Shown here in pieces: positions 24,757-37,722 of a stretch of 64,000 bases of DNA (position 1 is the first letter of the stretch; the number at the start of each line of letters is the position of its first letter). The DNA is from Octopus vulgaris (Eukaryota): assembly GCA_951406725.2 (NCBI GenBank), contig OX597842.1, positions 20,956,001 to 21,020,000 on the forward strand. The letters run 5' to 3'. Both the position numbers and the translations under genes were made by a program. The notes beneath the pieces were generated by a model. That model was given only the letters and a program-made list of their open reading frames with translations, made no database searches and was not told the origin of the DNA.

Positions 24757-27700
24757 TGGCTTTATTGAGAAAATTCTATAGTTTGTAAGAAATTTCGTCT
24801 AAAATTTCGAGCATTTCGGCAATTTTAACCAATCGCTCACCTCCATTTTGGGTGAAAAGATTCCGTGCTGTATGAATATGTCCCTTGTTTAAGAAACAGA
24901 TTGGGTCTATTTACATTTGCGAAGAAAAAAAAGATGCCCTTCCTCCACCCCTAACCCTAACCCTAACCCTAATTCTAAAATAGATTGAAATGCAATAGAT
25001 CGATACTAGGGTCATAATTATGGGTGACAATTTCATACGATACCGCTAGGTAAAAATTTCATTTTCCGTAGAGGTATCGTATCGTATGAAATTGTCACCC
25101 ATAATTATGACCCTAGTATCGATCTATTGCATTTCAAACTATTTTAGGATTATGGTTAGGGTTAGTGGTGGGGCAAGGGTATCTTTTTTTCTTCGCAAAT
25201 TTAAATAAACCCAATCTGTTTCTTAAACAAAGGACATATTCATACAGCACGGAATCTTTTCACCCCAAATGGAGGTGAGCGATTGGTTAAAATTGCCGAA
25301 ATGTTCCATTTTAAAGTGGAAATATGTTACAAACTATAGAATTTTCTCAATAAAGCCAAGAAAAAATGATGTTTTATAAACACATTCTACCATTCTACCA
25401 TTCGTTGTGCCTTTATGCTCACCTAAGGATGCATAATCAGTGAGCCCTGAGTTTTCTTCTGACTCAATTTATTGCCAGATTTGAGTCCTTTATCATTTCC
25501 CTTTTCACAAACACACACAAATATTGTGGGTTTATGTCGGTGTCTTTTATGAGATGTTGGCAATGTTACGAATGACTAAGATGGAAAAAAACAAGGGTGG
25601 AATGAAAAACATAAAGACGCAATTTCATATTAGCAGCACCAGCGAGAAGGCCATGGATGGATGACAAGGAAATATAGAAAAGTGTACATTGGAGTGGGAA
25701 GCAACAATTGTTTTGATATGAAATAACTGAGTTCTTATGACAAACACGAAGTTAATATTACGTTACACACATTTGAGAAGACTTATTTGATAAAAGAAAA
25801 GCTCCAACGAGGAAAAAATGACATTTGATAATTTCTGACAGTTTTGTCGCTTATTTCGACAAAATATTTTATCGGTGCAAATAATTATTCCGCAGCAAAT
25901 ATATCTCACGCGACGGCAATACTTAAATGAGGATTTAAATTAAGTTAAAAAAATAGATCAATAGAAGGTGAAATTTATTGATTTCTACGCTAATACGAAA
26001 CATAAATATGTCTTATTTTATATTAGGAGGTCAAAGTTACAGAGTGACTCAAAGACTGGAAGTTTCGCTTATTGCCATTAACAGTCAAAGCAAATGTACT
26101 AAGCGTATTTCGTTATTTGTGCTTTGCGAATATTTTAAATACTTTTCAAAATATTTCTGTTGTCAATTCTTAGTCATTCGTAACATTGCCAACATTTCAT
26201 AAAAGACATCGACATAAATGCTTTTCATACAGAATAATATTTCCAAACTTGTTTTGATCGCTTATGAAGAAGAAAATATTATTAACGAACAACAAACACA
26301 GAAAATGCGTATGCGGCCAGGGTGTTTGGTAACGAATAGTCACTCTTATTATATCCCTTTACAAAATTTTGGTTTTCTCCCTTCGACCGTTATTATTCAG
26401 GTTTGGAGAAAAATGCGGTTTTTTTTTTTGCAAAAACCTTTGAACAGATTTAATTTTTTGTACTTTCTAATTTCAGTTTCATAGAAAGAACAATTTGTTT
26501 CGTAAAAAAATAAATTTATTCCCCTATTTTCCTCAGATTTCCCCCTTATTTTTGCTTCCATTTGGATATTATCTTTTGATAAACAAACCTTGTTTTCATT
26601 TTGAGTTTCTTGCAATTTTTGGCAAATTCCCAGTTGCAGAATTTCTTTAGAAATCTGTTGTGCAATATCATATTTATATAATTTCAATCCTATATGTGCT
26701 TGGAATAACCTGATGGAAAGGCAAAAAAAAAACAATCTAAAACGATTTTCAATAAAATATGATCGAACTTTCAACCTGTCCCCTGATATTCTGTAAATAA
26801 GCCACGATATTGAGATAATACTCACGTACATTTTAAAGTTGATTGTTTGAGATATATCCTGCTACAAAAGTACTATTTGTTTTGTATTAATTTCTTATTT
26901 TGGTATGCATTTAATTGCAAAACTGAAAAGCTTTGTTAAAATTCCTCTTTAGCGAAAATCTCGACGTGATAAAAACATTTCTGAGGGCATTTCTGAACCC
27001 AACACCATTAAATTAAGGTGGGACTAATTGTGTAAACCATGAGTATTAAAATGTTCTCCAATGTTATGAATAAAGATACAAGAGTGCTTATTCAGAGAGT
27101 AAGCTGTAGAAGAAGCATTTTGGATGGGAGAGGAAAACTAACTATAGTTTTGAAAAATCAGTATACCAAATTTTAGTGTAAACCAAATGAAAATTATGTT
27201 CAAAATTGTCCTCCTGTGTGATCTAACAAGTGAATCGCTGTACTTATAGACCCTACTACGTCTGAATTCATTGAGCAGGTGCCAGCTGTGACTAATGGTA
27301 AACCAACGAACTATACCACCCATCCTAGTATTAGCACTGCTTCTCAGGGGGAGGACGACTAGGGTCAAAAGTGAAACCGCAATGCTCAGGGCCTCTTTGC
27401 TTAACTCGATTAATTCACAAGAAGAGGGGAAGAATTTGAAAGCGACGAAGGCTCCACAAAAAAATTGCACGGGTGAATTTAGCTCCAGCGACAGATCTTA
27501 GAAGCGTCCGGTTGAACAATGACTTGAACATTATTCCGGACAACATTATGAAGGGTGACGCTACCGGGAAGGTAAGAAACGTGGTGCAATTGGTAGAGCA
27601 GGCTTTCCAATATAATTTGGGCTTGAAGGAAAGCAAGAGCAACAAGCAGGACAGTTTCCATAAGAATCAGCGTCAGGTGGCAGAATTGAGGAAAGAGAAA

Positions 27701-30389
27701 GACAGCTTAAATATGGTGGAAAGAAGCATACGGTGAAAGAACAAAATTAGTTAAGTTGAGTTAATTTTTTTGGCTCAAAACTCAAAAAAGCAAGGCCATG
27801 TAGGGGGACATGGAGTTACGTACAGGGTGGTGTTCATGCAAAGGGTTCCGGCCATTTCTGGTCAAGAGAGACTTTGGATCGAGCGGTCGTCGGCATCTTC
27901 ACTATCTCGTCCGGCAGCTTATTCCACGGATCCGCAACCCGGACGGAGAAAGCCCCTCTCCTTCGATTGAGATGAAATTGTCGCAGATAGACCTTTTCGG
28001 AGTGACCCCGCAGCCGACGCTCTGGAGCAGCAGTGAAGAGCAGCTCTTTCGAGAGGTTACACTTTCAGCATATGGTGTTGTGAGCGTGATTGTGATCACC
28101 ACGGCGCCGTCGTTTTTCTAGAGAATAAAAATCGAGCGTCTTCAGCCTTTCTTCATAAGACAAATGCTTGAGACCAAGAACCATGCGGGTAGCCAGCTTT
28201 TGGACTCTTTCGAGATGAATTAGTTTTAAAGCAACTGAGCGCGGAGTTACGAAACATTCTGCTCCACCTGCGCACGACAGAATCATATTGGAAAAGAGAG
28301 AGACAAAGAGGGACAAAGAGAAATAGAAAGAGACCAAGAGAGGGAGAGAGACATACATGGAAAGGGAGAGGTGGAGACAAAGGAAGGCCTTTATAAACTT
28401 CCAGTTCAAGCGGGAGATTAATATACTGTACGGAAGACGAGGAGAGCGAGAGCAGAGTAACATCTGTGAATGATGTCCCAAGAAGAAATATCCCTCTCTT
28501 CTGGTGGAGGGTTATCTTTTCTAGGGACATCATGCACAGAAGTGAAGGGAGGTACCCTAGTCTACTCAGAATGACCCCGAAAGCACATCAGTGATCGGCA
28601 ATGAGGAAAAGGCGAACAACTCACTTTCTGTTGTTTGGTTGGATCTCGACAAAGCGTAACTAAGCGTATCCTGCCAGTTACTTCTAAATGAAATGGAAAC
28701 TCCCAAGTAGCAACGGACATAGTTGGACTAACAATGTCCCACATGTATTCGTTGAGGCTGAGATTTACCGTGGGAAATTTCACAACAAAATGGTAGAGTA
28801 GAAAAGGGCATTATGTTAGAATACCCATTTTCCGTGGAGCTAATTCTGTCAGCCACGAACATATTGCGAGAAGTGGTGGGGAGCAGAGAACCGGTCCCGA
28901 AACTGACGGAAACATACGTAATCCACTATGCAGGGCATTCAGGAAAATCCTGCGATTACTGAAGGTAGCAAAATAAAGGTAGAAAATCTACCGTCCTCGC
29001 AGCTTTAGAGGAACTATGGCAAAACAATGCTCTGAGATCCATACAAACACAAACAACCACCACTAAAATTTATGTGAATATAATCATAGAAAAAGAAATT
29101 TAATTACGAAAAGGAGCAAAAACGTGGAATACAAAACTATTGTAGACTGATTTAACTTCATTAATGATCTTTCCTCTGCAGCATGCTTAAGGAGTCTTTT
29201 GACCGATAATTAAAAAATCAGAGAATTTTGGAGGAGTACTTTTCCTCTTTCCAGAGTTGTAATTACAAGTGTTTGAGAACTGGAATTGTACAAAACGGCG
29301 GAAAATACAGAGGCAAAGTAAGATAAGAAAAAGATTCGTTATAGTAAAAAAACAAATTTTAGCAAGCATATAATAATTCTAAAACTGAAAATAATCTCCT
29401 TTGAGCAGATGAGAAATGTAATTTCACAACTAAAACGAAATACAAAATTTTTTTGATCATATATAAGTTATGTACTTACATGTTCTCTCACAAAGCCGTT
29501 CCGAACTCTCCGATGTCGAACTGAACAATGAAGCTTTGGGGCCGCAATCTATAAAAATGTGCGTGAGCGCGCATGCATCTGTTTCTTTAATGGCAAATGG
29601 TCATTGATAGGTTATTCGCAGAAAATGACCTCAGAGAATTTGAACAAGAGAGAATGGCTTCTATCTTTCTATCTATCTCTTTATTTTTCTGTCTATTTAT
29701 CGTTACACACATACACACACACACACACACACATGTATATATAAATATGTGTGTGTGAGTGTGTATGTGTGACTATCTATCTGTCTATCTATCAATCAAT
29801 CAATATACATATGGATAACTAGAAAAATAGATATACACATATCTATATATGCGCAATACATAATTAAGCAATTAGTTATGACTTGTACAGAAACTTCTTG
29901 GGGAGTGTTGGCTTTCATATCTGTTGCTTTTGTTGTTTTTTTTTCTCTTGTGTTCTTTGGCAATTCCCAGAATAATTTTAGTCGCTTCTGGGACTGACCA
30001 GCTACTTGAAGACTAATAGCTACTTGCTTTTGGGATTGACTAGCATCAATTAATTGATGTCATCAAAGTAGTGGAAGATCAGAGTTACACATAAATGAGA
30101 ATCCGATAAATATTTTAAGGGGTCAGTGTATATTTGTATAATGGGAGAGGACCCCTTCATACAAGATTGCCAGGATCGAAATGATCCTTCTTCTTTGAAA
30201 CACCCGGTACCCTCTGTTGTAGGGTGCTTCTTGATGCCGGGGATGTGGGCGACAATTGCCAGTTTTAATATGGAATAAATCCGTGTGTCGGTCTGTCTGT
30301 CTATCTGACAATACTTCAGTGTTTATCAATCTATCAGTCAAACTGTCTCTCTGTCCGTCTATCTATCTATCTATCTATCTCTCTGTCTG

Positions 30390-30432
<43 letters not shown>

Positions 30433-30433
30433 G

Positions 30434-30480
<47 letters not shown>

Positions 30481-30553
30481 ATCTATCTACCTATATACCT
30501 ACCTATCTACCTACCTATCTATCTGTCTGTCTATCCATCTATCTATCTATCTA
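24757..30553. repeat. Tandem segmental duplication, unit 3 (partial, more diverged, interrupted by Tx1-like LINE)
   Basis: Colinear with ~1-5560 up to the TCTA microsatellite, then switches to LINE sequence at ~30554. Confidence 0.93.
27737..28222 (-). mobile_element. CR1-clade 3' fragment in unit 3, retaining a (TAACT)n-type tail
   Basis: Same site as in units 1/2. Tail ttagttaagttgagttaattttttggctcaaaa matches the free copy at 53560-53588 in reverse. Confidence 0.9.
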
Positions 30554-30751
30554 CGGACGTGCTGTCACTTCGGCTCCGAAGGTAATCGTTTATTTTGACT
30601 ATTTATAGCCCATATTTTGTGTACATTTTTGTAATTAAGGTGTGTAAGGCACCCAACTTTCGTTTGAGTGCTTTTCCAAGGGAGGAATTCGCCCCTAGGG
30701 GCAGTTTCAAACCTATTTAATTTGTGTAATTTTCTTCTCGACATTTTGAAA

Positions 30752-32960
30752 ATGTCGAGAAATTGTATTGTAGAACGCTGGTCGCGTTCCTTTATCGACC
30801 AACATTCTCCAAGTCTGGAAACGCTAGAAGAAAAAAGAACTCATGCACGCAAAGTGCAAACCTGAATGATGTGGTAGTGAACGCTGCGACCACTTGCGAT
30901 AACAGCACTGTCACCACCACCACTAACAACAACAACAACGAGACTACTACTGCTACCACCACCGCCTCCACCACCACCACCACCGCCACCTCATCCACTA
31001 CCTCAACTACCAACAACAACAACAATAACAATGACAACAAGAATAACAACAATTGCACCACCATTTCGACATCTGCTGCCACGGCTGTCTCTTCTGCCAC
31101 TGACACCACCGCCAACACCAACAACAAAAACAACAATAACAACAACAACAATTCCGTTCAGACCTTGTTTCCTCCAACTGAAGGGAATAAACAAAAGACT
31201 GTGACCACCAAACAAATTGACAAAAGCTGCTTGAATACGGGGATAAACTATGCAAGTAATTTTCCACCCCTTCCTACTTGCACAATCAAACCAAATACAC
31301 CAATTTTACCAACTGCAGCCAACAACAACATCACCACCAGCAACAACAATAACAAAACAACAACAAATTTCGCCGAGGCGATAAAAGAAAAAAGACAACA
31401 GTATTTTTTACTGCACAGCAGATAAAAGATACGTATATATAAAGAACAGAAGTAGATGGTATAGTAAAAATAAACATGCCACAAGAAATATTAGAAAATG
31501 AAAAAAAAAGAACTATTATATATAAAATAATTAATAAGAAAACAAAAAGACCAGAGAAGGCTAACACAAGCAAAATCGAAAAATGCTTGAAACCCATCTG
31601 GAACTACAAAGAGTATGTGACCTGGTGGAACAATTTCGCACACATACAAGTGGTCTTCCACACTGAAGAGTTAGCAAGACGTTTCTCAACGCTAACTCTT
31701 CATTCAGATGAACTGCAACTAACACCAAGCTATCGTGGACAGAGAGTGACTAAGATCACTTTAAACAATGTCCCAAAAATAGCGAACAATCTATGGCTAG
31801 TAAAGGCCTTATGTGTGAAAATGGAAGATTTACACAATTTTAGAAACTACGGTCACGGAGCACAAAACCTGGGTGGGAAAAAAAGTAGAATTTCTACTAC
31901 ATATAAACCATGATGACATAAAGAAAATACCCACCCAGATATGTGTATCAGAAGACCACAAGTTGGATGTGGTCGTCGATGGCAGAAGACCACGTTGCTA
32001 CATATGCGGCAGTGAGCAACACCTAAAAAAAGATTGCAAATATGCCGCAAGAAAACAACAGCAACAACAACAGCAGCTGGAAAAAACAAAAAAGCCAGCT
32101 TTACTACCCACACCACAAATTGTACAAACAGGACTAATCACAGATAATAAAAAAATAAAAAAACCTCACCAACCAAACAACCACACCAACTGCACCAAGA
32201 ACAGAAGCAACACCAACAACAACAACCAAGAATAAACCAACTCCCAAACCAAGGACATCTGCCAAAAAGACACTCATCGAAAATGAAGAAACAATTACTA
32301 CTCCAAATCCCCACAAAATTGACACCCCAAACAAAACAACAATACCTACAATCACTCAAACACAAAATACCCACACCCCACCTCCAAAACCGCATACACC
32401 ACAACCTAACGCTCACCACCAGCACCAACAACAAAATCAACACAGTCTACAATAGACCCCAATATTTTCCCTCTCCCAAGCTCTGATTCCTCTGATTTGT
32501 CATTAGACGAAGAAGACACAGAAGATTGGCAAATAGCCACAGGGGGGAGAAGAAAAAGGGGAAAAAAAGAAAAGAAAAGATAACAAACAAAGCAGGAAGA
32601 TTCACCACTCCCGAAACAAAAACATCCACAGAAAACAAACACATCAACACAAACACACCATCATCAAACCCCCCAACAATGTTGACAGCCATAAACACAA
32701 ACAACCACGACCTAATGGAACACATTAGGTCAAACACCAACATAACTGAAAACGACATAAAAACAAATAACCACCCACGCACAACACCACCACAACACAT
32801 TAAAATAATACACGTAACACAGAACACATACAGCACCCTGAAATCTCTTTACCCTGATACAGTAGGGAGATTTCAAAAATATTCATCAAAGAAACTAGAC
32901 AAAAACCTCATGGAAGAAGACTGTGAGGTGAAAAACAAAGGACTTTCGGACAACAAGTAA
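30752..32960 (+). pseudogene. LINE ORF1 (gag-like): Thr/Asn-rich N-terminus, RRM-like region, CCHC knuckle, Pro/Thr/Lys-rich tail; broken by frameshifts and a stop
   Basis: Segments 30763-31425, 31476-31913, 31873-32235 (DGRRPRCYICGSEQHLKKDC; CCHC at ~31996-32037) and 32526-32960. Confidence 0.8.
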
Positions 32961-33028
32961 CCTTTTCTCTCTCTCTTTCCTTTTTTGCACTTTCTTTTCG
33001 TGTGTAAAACACAATTTTTTATCGGAAC

Positions 33029-36000
33029 ATGCTCAGAATAGGCAGTATAAATGTATGTGGCTTTGGGTCGCCTTGGAAACAAGGCTACCTGTTAAATGAC
33101 ATCAAGTCACTAAATCTGAATATCATAGCCATCAGTGAGACCAGACTCCACAGCTCGCGGGCACTCCAGCACAGTTTCGGTACACATTTCAACATTTATT
33201 TTTCTCCGTGTCTACCGAGAATGGGCGGAGGTAGCACCGCGGTGCTTCTCCGGAAGAGTCTGGATCTCAAAGTAAGAGCAAATTTCCTAGACCCGGAGGG
33301 TAGGCTGGTCGTTTTGGATGTCGATGGCAGCAATGAGTGTGCTTTTCGACTGATAACAGTTTATGCTCCGTCCTTAACAGGCCGACCAGATTTCTTTCGA
33401 CGTCTAGAGTCTTTCATGGGAACGTCTCGTCCTTTACTTTTAGTGGGGGATTGAAATGCCACCCTGGACACGCATCTAGACTACGTGGGCAGAGATAGCA
33501 ATAGAAGGGGATGCAAATGCCTCAAAGACCTGCTCAGACGTTTCCAACTGTCTGACAGGTACCGACTGGACCACCCGAATGTGCCAATGTGGACATGGAG
33601 TAACCGCATCGGGTCGTCCAGATTATATTTAGATAGAGTATTCTGTAGGACAATAGATAAAAATAGTGTAGGTTGTCCACAATTTCATATAGTCAGTTAC
33701 ACAGATCACAAGTTTGTGACTTGTACACTTGACTTAGATAAGACACATAGGCAGGGTCCTGGTTACTGGAAACTGAACGCGTCTTTTACAGTACGACAGG
33801 TTTACAGGGACCGGATCAGCACATTAGTTAAGAGAGCTTTGACGGGTACCATCATCAACAACAGATGGTGGTATGCCCTAATAAAAGCAATTAAAGCAGA
33901 ATCAGTCAGATACAGTAAAGCCCTAGCATTAGACCGAAATAGAATAGAGGGAGAATTAGTTAAGGTTTTAGAAGAGGCACTTAGAACTGGCATCGCGTCC
34001 AACGTGCTGGCGGCGAGATTGGCTCTCGACCAACACCTCAACGCCAAACACGAGGGATGCGTTGTCAGAGCTAGGATGCGTGCTCTGAGGAACGACGGAG
34101 TTGGAGCCGCCCAAGAGGCCCGAGTGGTGGAGACGCAAAGAGGCAACAGAGCCACCATCAAGTCTCTTATAGATGAACAGGGGCGCGAATTGCTCGAGCC
34201 TAAAAGGATGTGTGGGGCTTTTCAACAACACTTCACCCAACTGTTTGGGACAAGTGGTGGGTCAGAACGCAGAGTGGACTTTAGTGCCTACCAGCATGCC
34301 TTGCCACGACTCTCAGCAAGAGAGGTGGAGTCTTGTGAAAGGCCTATCACAGCTGCGGTGTACAGGATGCTATGGTAGGCTGCGCGAGAGACAAGTCACC
34401 AGGCTTGGATGGTCTGCCCTACGAACTTTATTGTCATATGCCAAACTTGTTTGGAGGCGTTTTGGCAGCTGTCTACAGCAACTGGCAGCAAAACGGGAGT
34501 ATTCCTGCTTTTGTAAAGCGAGGAGCAGTGGCACTGATTAAGAAAGACCCAAACAAGGGGGACGTCATAGATAGTTTCAGGCCCATCACTCTGCTCAACG
34601 CAGATTTGAAAATTTTGGCCAAGGTGTTAGCCGAGAGGTTGGCGCTTGTCATCAAGAAACTAATCGACAAGGCGCAAACATGCGCCGTGCCGGGTAGAAG
34701 TATTCATGACAACCTCCATCTGATGCGCTACATCATAGACAGGGTAGTTAAGAATCCTGGCATGGGTGGGGCGCTGATCAATTTGGATCAAACAAAAGCT
34801 TTCGATAGGGTAGACCATCACTACTTGGAGGCTGTCCTTAAAGCGGCTGGTTTCGGTTCAGTTTTCCGCGGTTGGATCGCTGCCTTATACAGCGGCATCC
34901 GCTCAGTAGTTCGCGTAAATGGTCATCTATCCAGACCTTTTAACATCATGCGTTCGGTTCGTCAGGGATGCCCCCTCTCATCGCTGCTGTATGTATTGAC
35001 TCTTGAGCCACTACTGCGGAAACTGGCGACGCTGAGGGGCATCCCGCGAGAGCTGGGATGCGGGAGGAGCGTGTCTGCATACGCGGATGACGTCACCGTC
35101 ATAGTGTAGAGCTACCAGGACATCGAGCTGGTCGGCGAGACAATAAAAGAATACGAAGCGGTAACGGGAGCAAAAATTAACCGGGAAAAGTCAGTGGGCT
35201 TGCGGCTCGGCACCTGGAGAAGCAGGCCCATGCCGTCCAACAGCGTCTCCATCGTGGGACGCTGGACGGACGGACCGGTGAAATTGCTCGGGGTCTGGTT
35301 CGTTCCGGACCTCCAAATGGAGAAGAACTGGGGCGAGATAACGACTAGGGTGGCTACTATCACCCAGAAATGGGCTGAGAGAAAGCTATCCCTAAAAGGT
35401 CGGGCGGAGGTGGTGAACGCGTACATCGCATCCGTCATCGAGTATCGTCTGACCGTCGTGCCTTGTCCCGACCCTACCATCACCAAATTGGAACGTATAC
35501 TCTTCCGCTTCCTGTGGAAGGGAAACATTCCGATGGTTAGGCGATCCATTTGCTGTCAACACCCGCTAAATGGAGGGCTGGGCATGCCGTGGTTGATGAT
35601 GCGCAGACATGCGCTGAGACTGCGACATCTTCGGCGCTTCATAGACGACGGTGAACAGGTGTGGTCGCCTTTTGTGCGGCGCGCTTTCCCGCAGCTCGTC
35701 TCCTTGGACGAACTACAGTCATGGATCAAGCAGAGACCGAGGCTAGGCGAATGGCACCGCGAGTGTCGCGTTGCTCTCAAGCAACTCTGCCGTCCGGGAT
35801 CGAACTTGAGCGACTCCATCACAACAAAGGCATTCTATAGAGGATTAGTGGAGGGGAGGTGCGACGACGAACTCGGGCAGAGTCTGGGCGTCGACGAGGA
35901 ACACCTGACCCGCCTGTTCAGGACAACTTTCGGGCCGGGACCTATGAACAATCACCAAAGATCCCTGGCCTGGCAGTGCTATCGAGAAGCATTACCTGTT

Positions 36001-36100
36001 CGGGATAAGCTCTACAGACACGGTTCCAGACACACTGGACCGACTTGCCTGAGATGCGGTCAGAGCGACGAAACCGTTCGGCACGCACTCGTGCAATGTC
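33029..36100 (+). pseudogene. LINE ORF2 (APE endonuclease - reverse transcriptase - zf-RVT), with stops at 33452 and 35107 and a frameshift near 34360
   Basis: IGSINVCG, ISETRL, VYAP, LVGD*NA, SRLYLDRV, YTDHK, GYWKLN; KSPGLDGL, FRPITLLNADLKI, LDQTKAFDRV, VRQGCPLS, AYADDVT; GGLGMP; CLRCGQSDETVRHALVQC. Confidence 0.95.
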
Positions 36101-36200
36101 NNNNNNNNNNNNNNNNNNNNNNNNNNNNNNNNNNNNNNNNNNNNNNNNNNNNNNNNNNNNNNNNNNNNNNNNNNNNNNNNNNNNNNNNNNNNNNNNNNNN
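36101..36200. other. Assembly gap (100 N)
   Basis: Run of n. Confidence 1.
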
Positions 36201-36752
36201 TATTTTATCAGCATTTAAATCCAAAATTCTACAACACTACATAATCAGCATTTAAATCTAAAATTCTACAACACTACATATAATTCTAAATCTGAAATTT
36301 TCTGCAACTGTAAGCACTTGGATAAATATCTTTGGACACCAACCTCTCTGGATTCAGCAGTTGTCTCACAGACTTTTGGACTCCTCACTGATGAATTAGT
36401 CTCCAGTTAGATTAATTATGATTTCTACAGTCAAAGGGGATATAACTCTTAATTTCTTTTTCTAATTTATTCACCCTTTGTTTTCTCATGCCATTTTTCT
36501 GCATCAACCTTCTGCTCATGGTTTTTCATGTACCAGCATCTTGATTTTCAAATAGAGCCTAAAAATTACTTTAATTTTCTTTCTTTTCCCATTTTTATTC
36601 ATCCTTTGTCTTCCACTTTTTCTGTCAACGTTCTTCTGGTTCAGAGCCTGATGATTGCTTGGAGATACAAGGTACATTATATAAATCTGCCTAACCTTAG
36701 TGTTACTTTGGCAAGGAACTAATAGCTCTTATTTTAAGTAATGTGTATATTG

Positions 36753-37258
36753 TGGAGGCACGTGGCTTAGTGGTTAGGGTGTCAGCATCATGATCGTAAG
36801 ATTGTGGTTTCAATTCCTGGACCGGGTGACACGTTGTGTTGTTGAGCAAAACACTTCATTTCATGTTGCTCCAGTCCACTCAGCAGGCAAAAAGGAGCAA
36901 CGCTGCGATGGACTGGCATCCCGTCCAGCTGGGGAACACATACGCCATAGAAACCGGGAAAGCGGGCCCATGAACCTGGCTAGGCTTTGAAAGGGCGCAT
37001 TTGTGGAGGCAAAATGGCCCAGTGGTTAGGGTAGTGGACTCATGGTCGGAGAATCGCAGTTTCAATTCCCAGACCAGGCGTTGTGTGTGTTTATTGAGCA
37101 AAAACACCTAAAAGCTCCACGAGGCTCCGGCAAGGGGTAGCGGCAAACCCTGTTGTACTCTTTCGTCACAACTTTCTCACACTCTTTCTTCCAGTTTCTT
37201 GAGTAACGCTGCAATGGACTGGCTTCCCGTCCAGCTGAGGGGGAACACATACACCACA
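36753..37258 (+). mobile_element. Two tandem tRNA-derived SINEs (family C; V-domain-like ttgagcaaaacactt; tail gcgatggactggcatcccgtccag)
   Basis: Heads ggaggcacgtggcttagtggttagg and ggaggcaaaatggcccagtggttagg, each with a B-box-like tttcaattcc. Confidence 0.75.
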
Positions 37259-37326
37259 AATATATATATACATCATCATCATCGTTTATATATATATATA
37301 TATATATATGTGTATTCTTTTTTTCT

Positions 37327-37722
37327 TTTACTTGTTTCAGTCATTTTGACTGTGGCCACGCTGGAGCACTACCTTTAGTCAAACAAATTGACCTTAGGAC
37401 TTATTCTATGTAAACCTAGTAGTTATTCTATCGGTCTCTTTTACCGTACTGCTAAGTTACGGGGACGTAAACACACCAGCATTGGTTATCAAGCAACGTT
37501 GCGGAAAGTGGGGGACAAACACAGACACACAAACATACATATATACATATACATATACACGACAGGCTTCTTTCAGTTTCCATCAACCAAATTCACTCAG
37601 AAGGCTTTGGTCAGCCCGAGGCTATAGTAGAAGACACTTGCCCAAGGTGCCACGCAGTGGGACTGAACCTGGTACCATGTGGTTGGTAAAGCAAGCTACT
37701 TACCACACAGCCACTCCTACAC
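37327..37722 (-). mobile_element. SINE family A
   Basis: Reverse complement of the family A consensus. Confidence 0.88.

Larger units (their letters stand above)
30554..36100 (+). mobile_element. Tx1/L1-clade non-LTR retrotransposon, near full length, disabled, truncated by assembly gap
   Basis: 5'UTR, ORF1 (RRM-like, CCHC), pyrimidine-rich spacer, ORF2 with APE endonuclease, RT (YADD at 35080-35091) and C-terminal CxxC..H zinc finger. Confidence 0.95.

Noticed and set aside
30792-31267. Val/Leu- and Cys-rich minus-strand ORFs
   Set aside because: Antisense of the (AAC)/(ACC) tracts in LINE ORF1.
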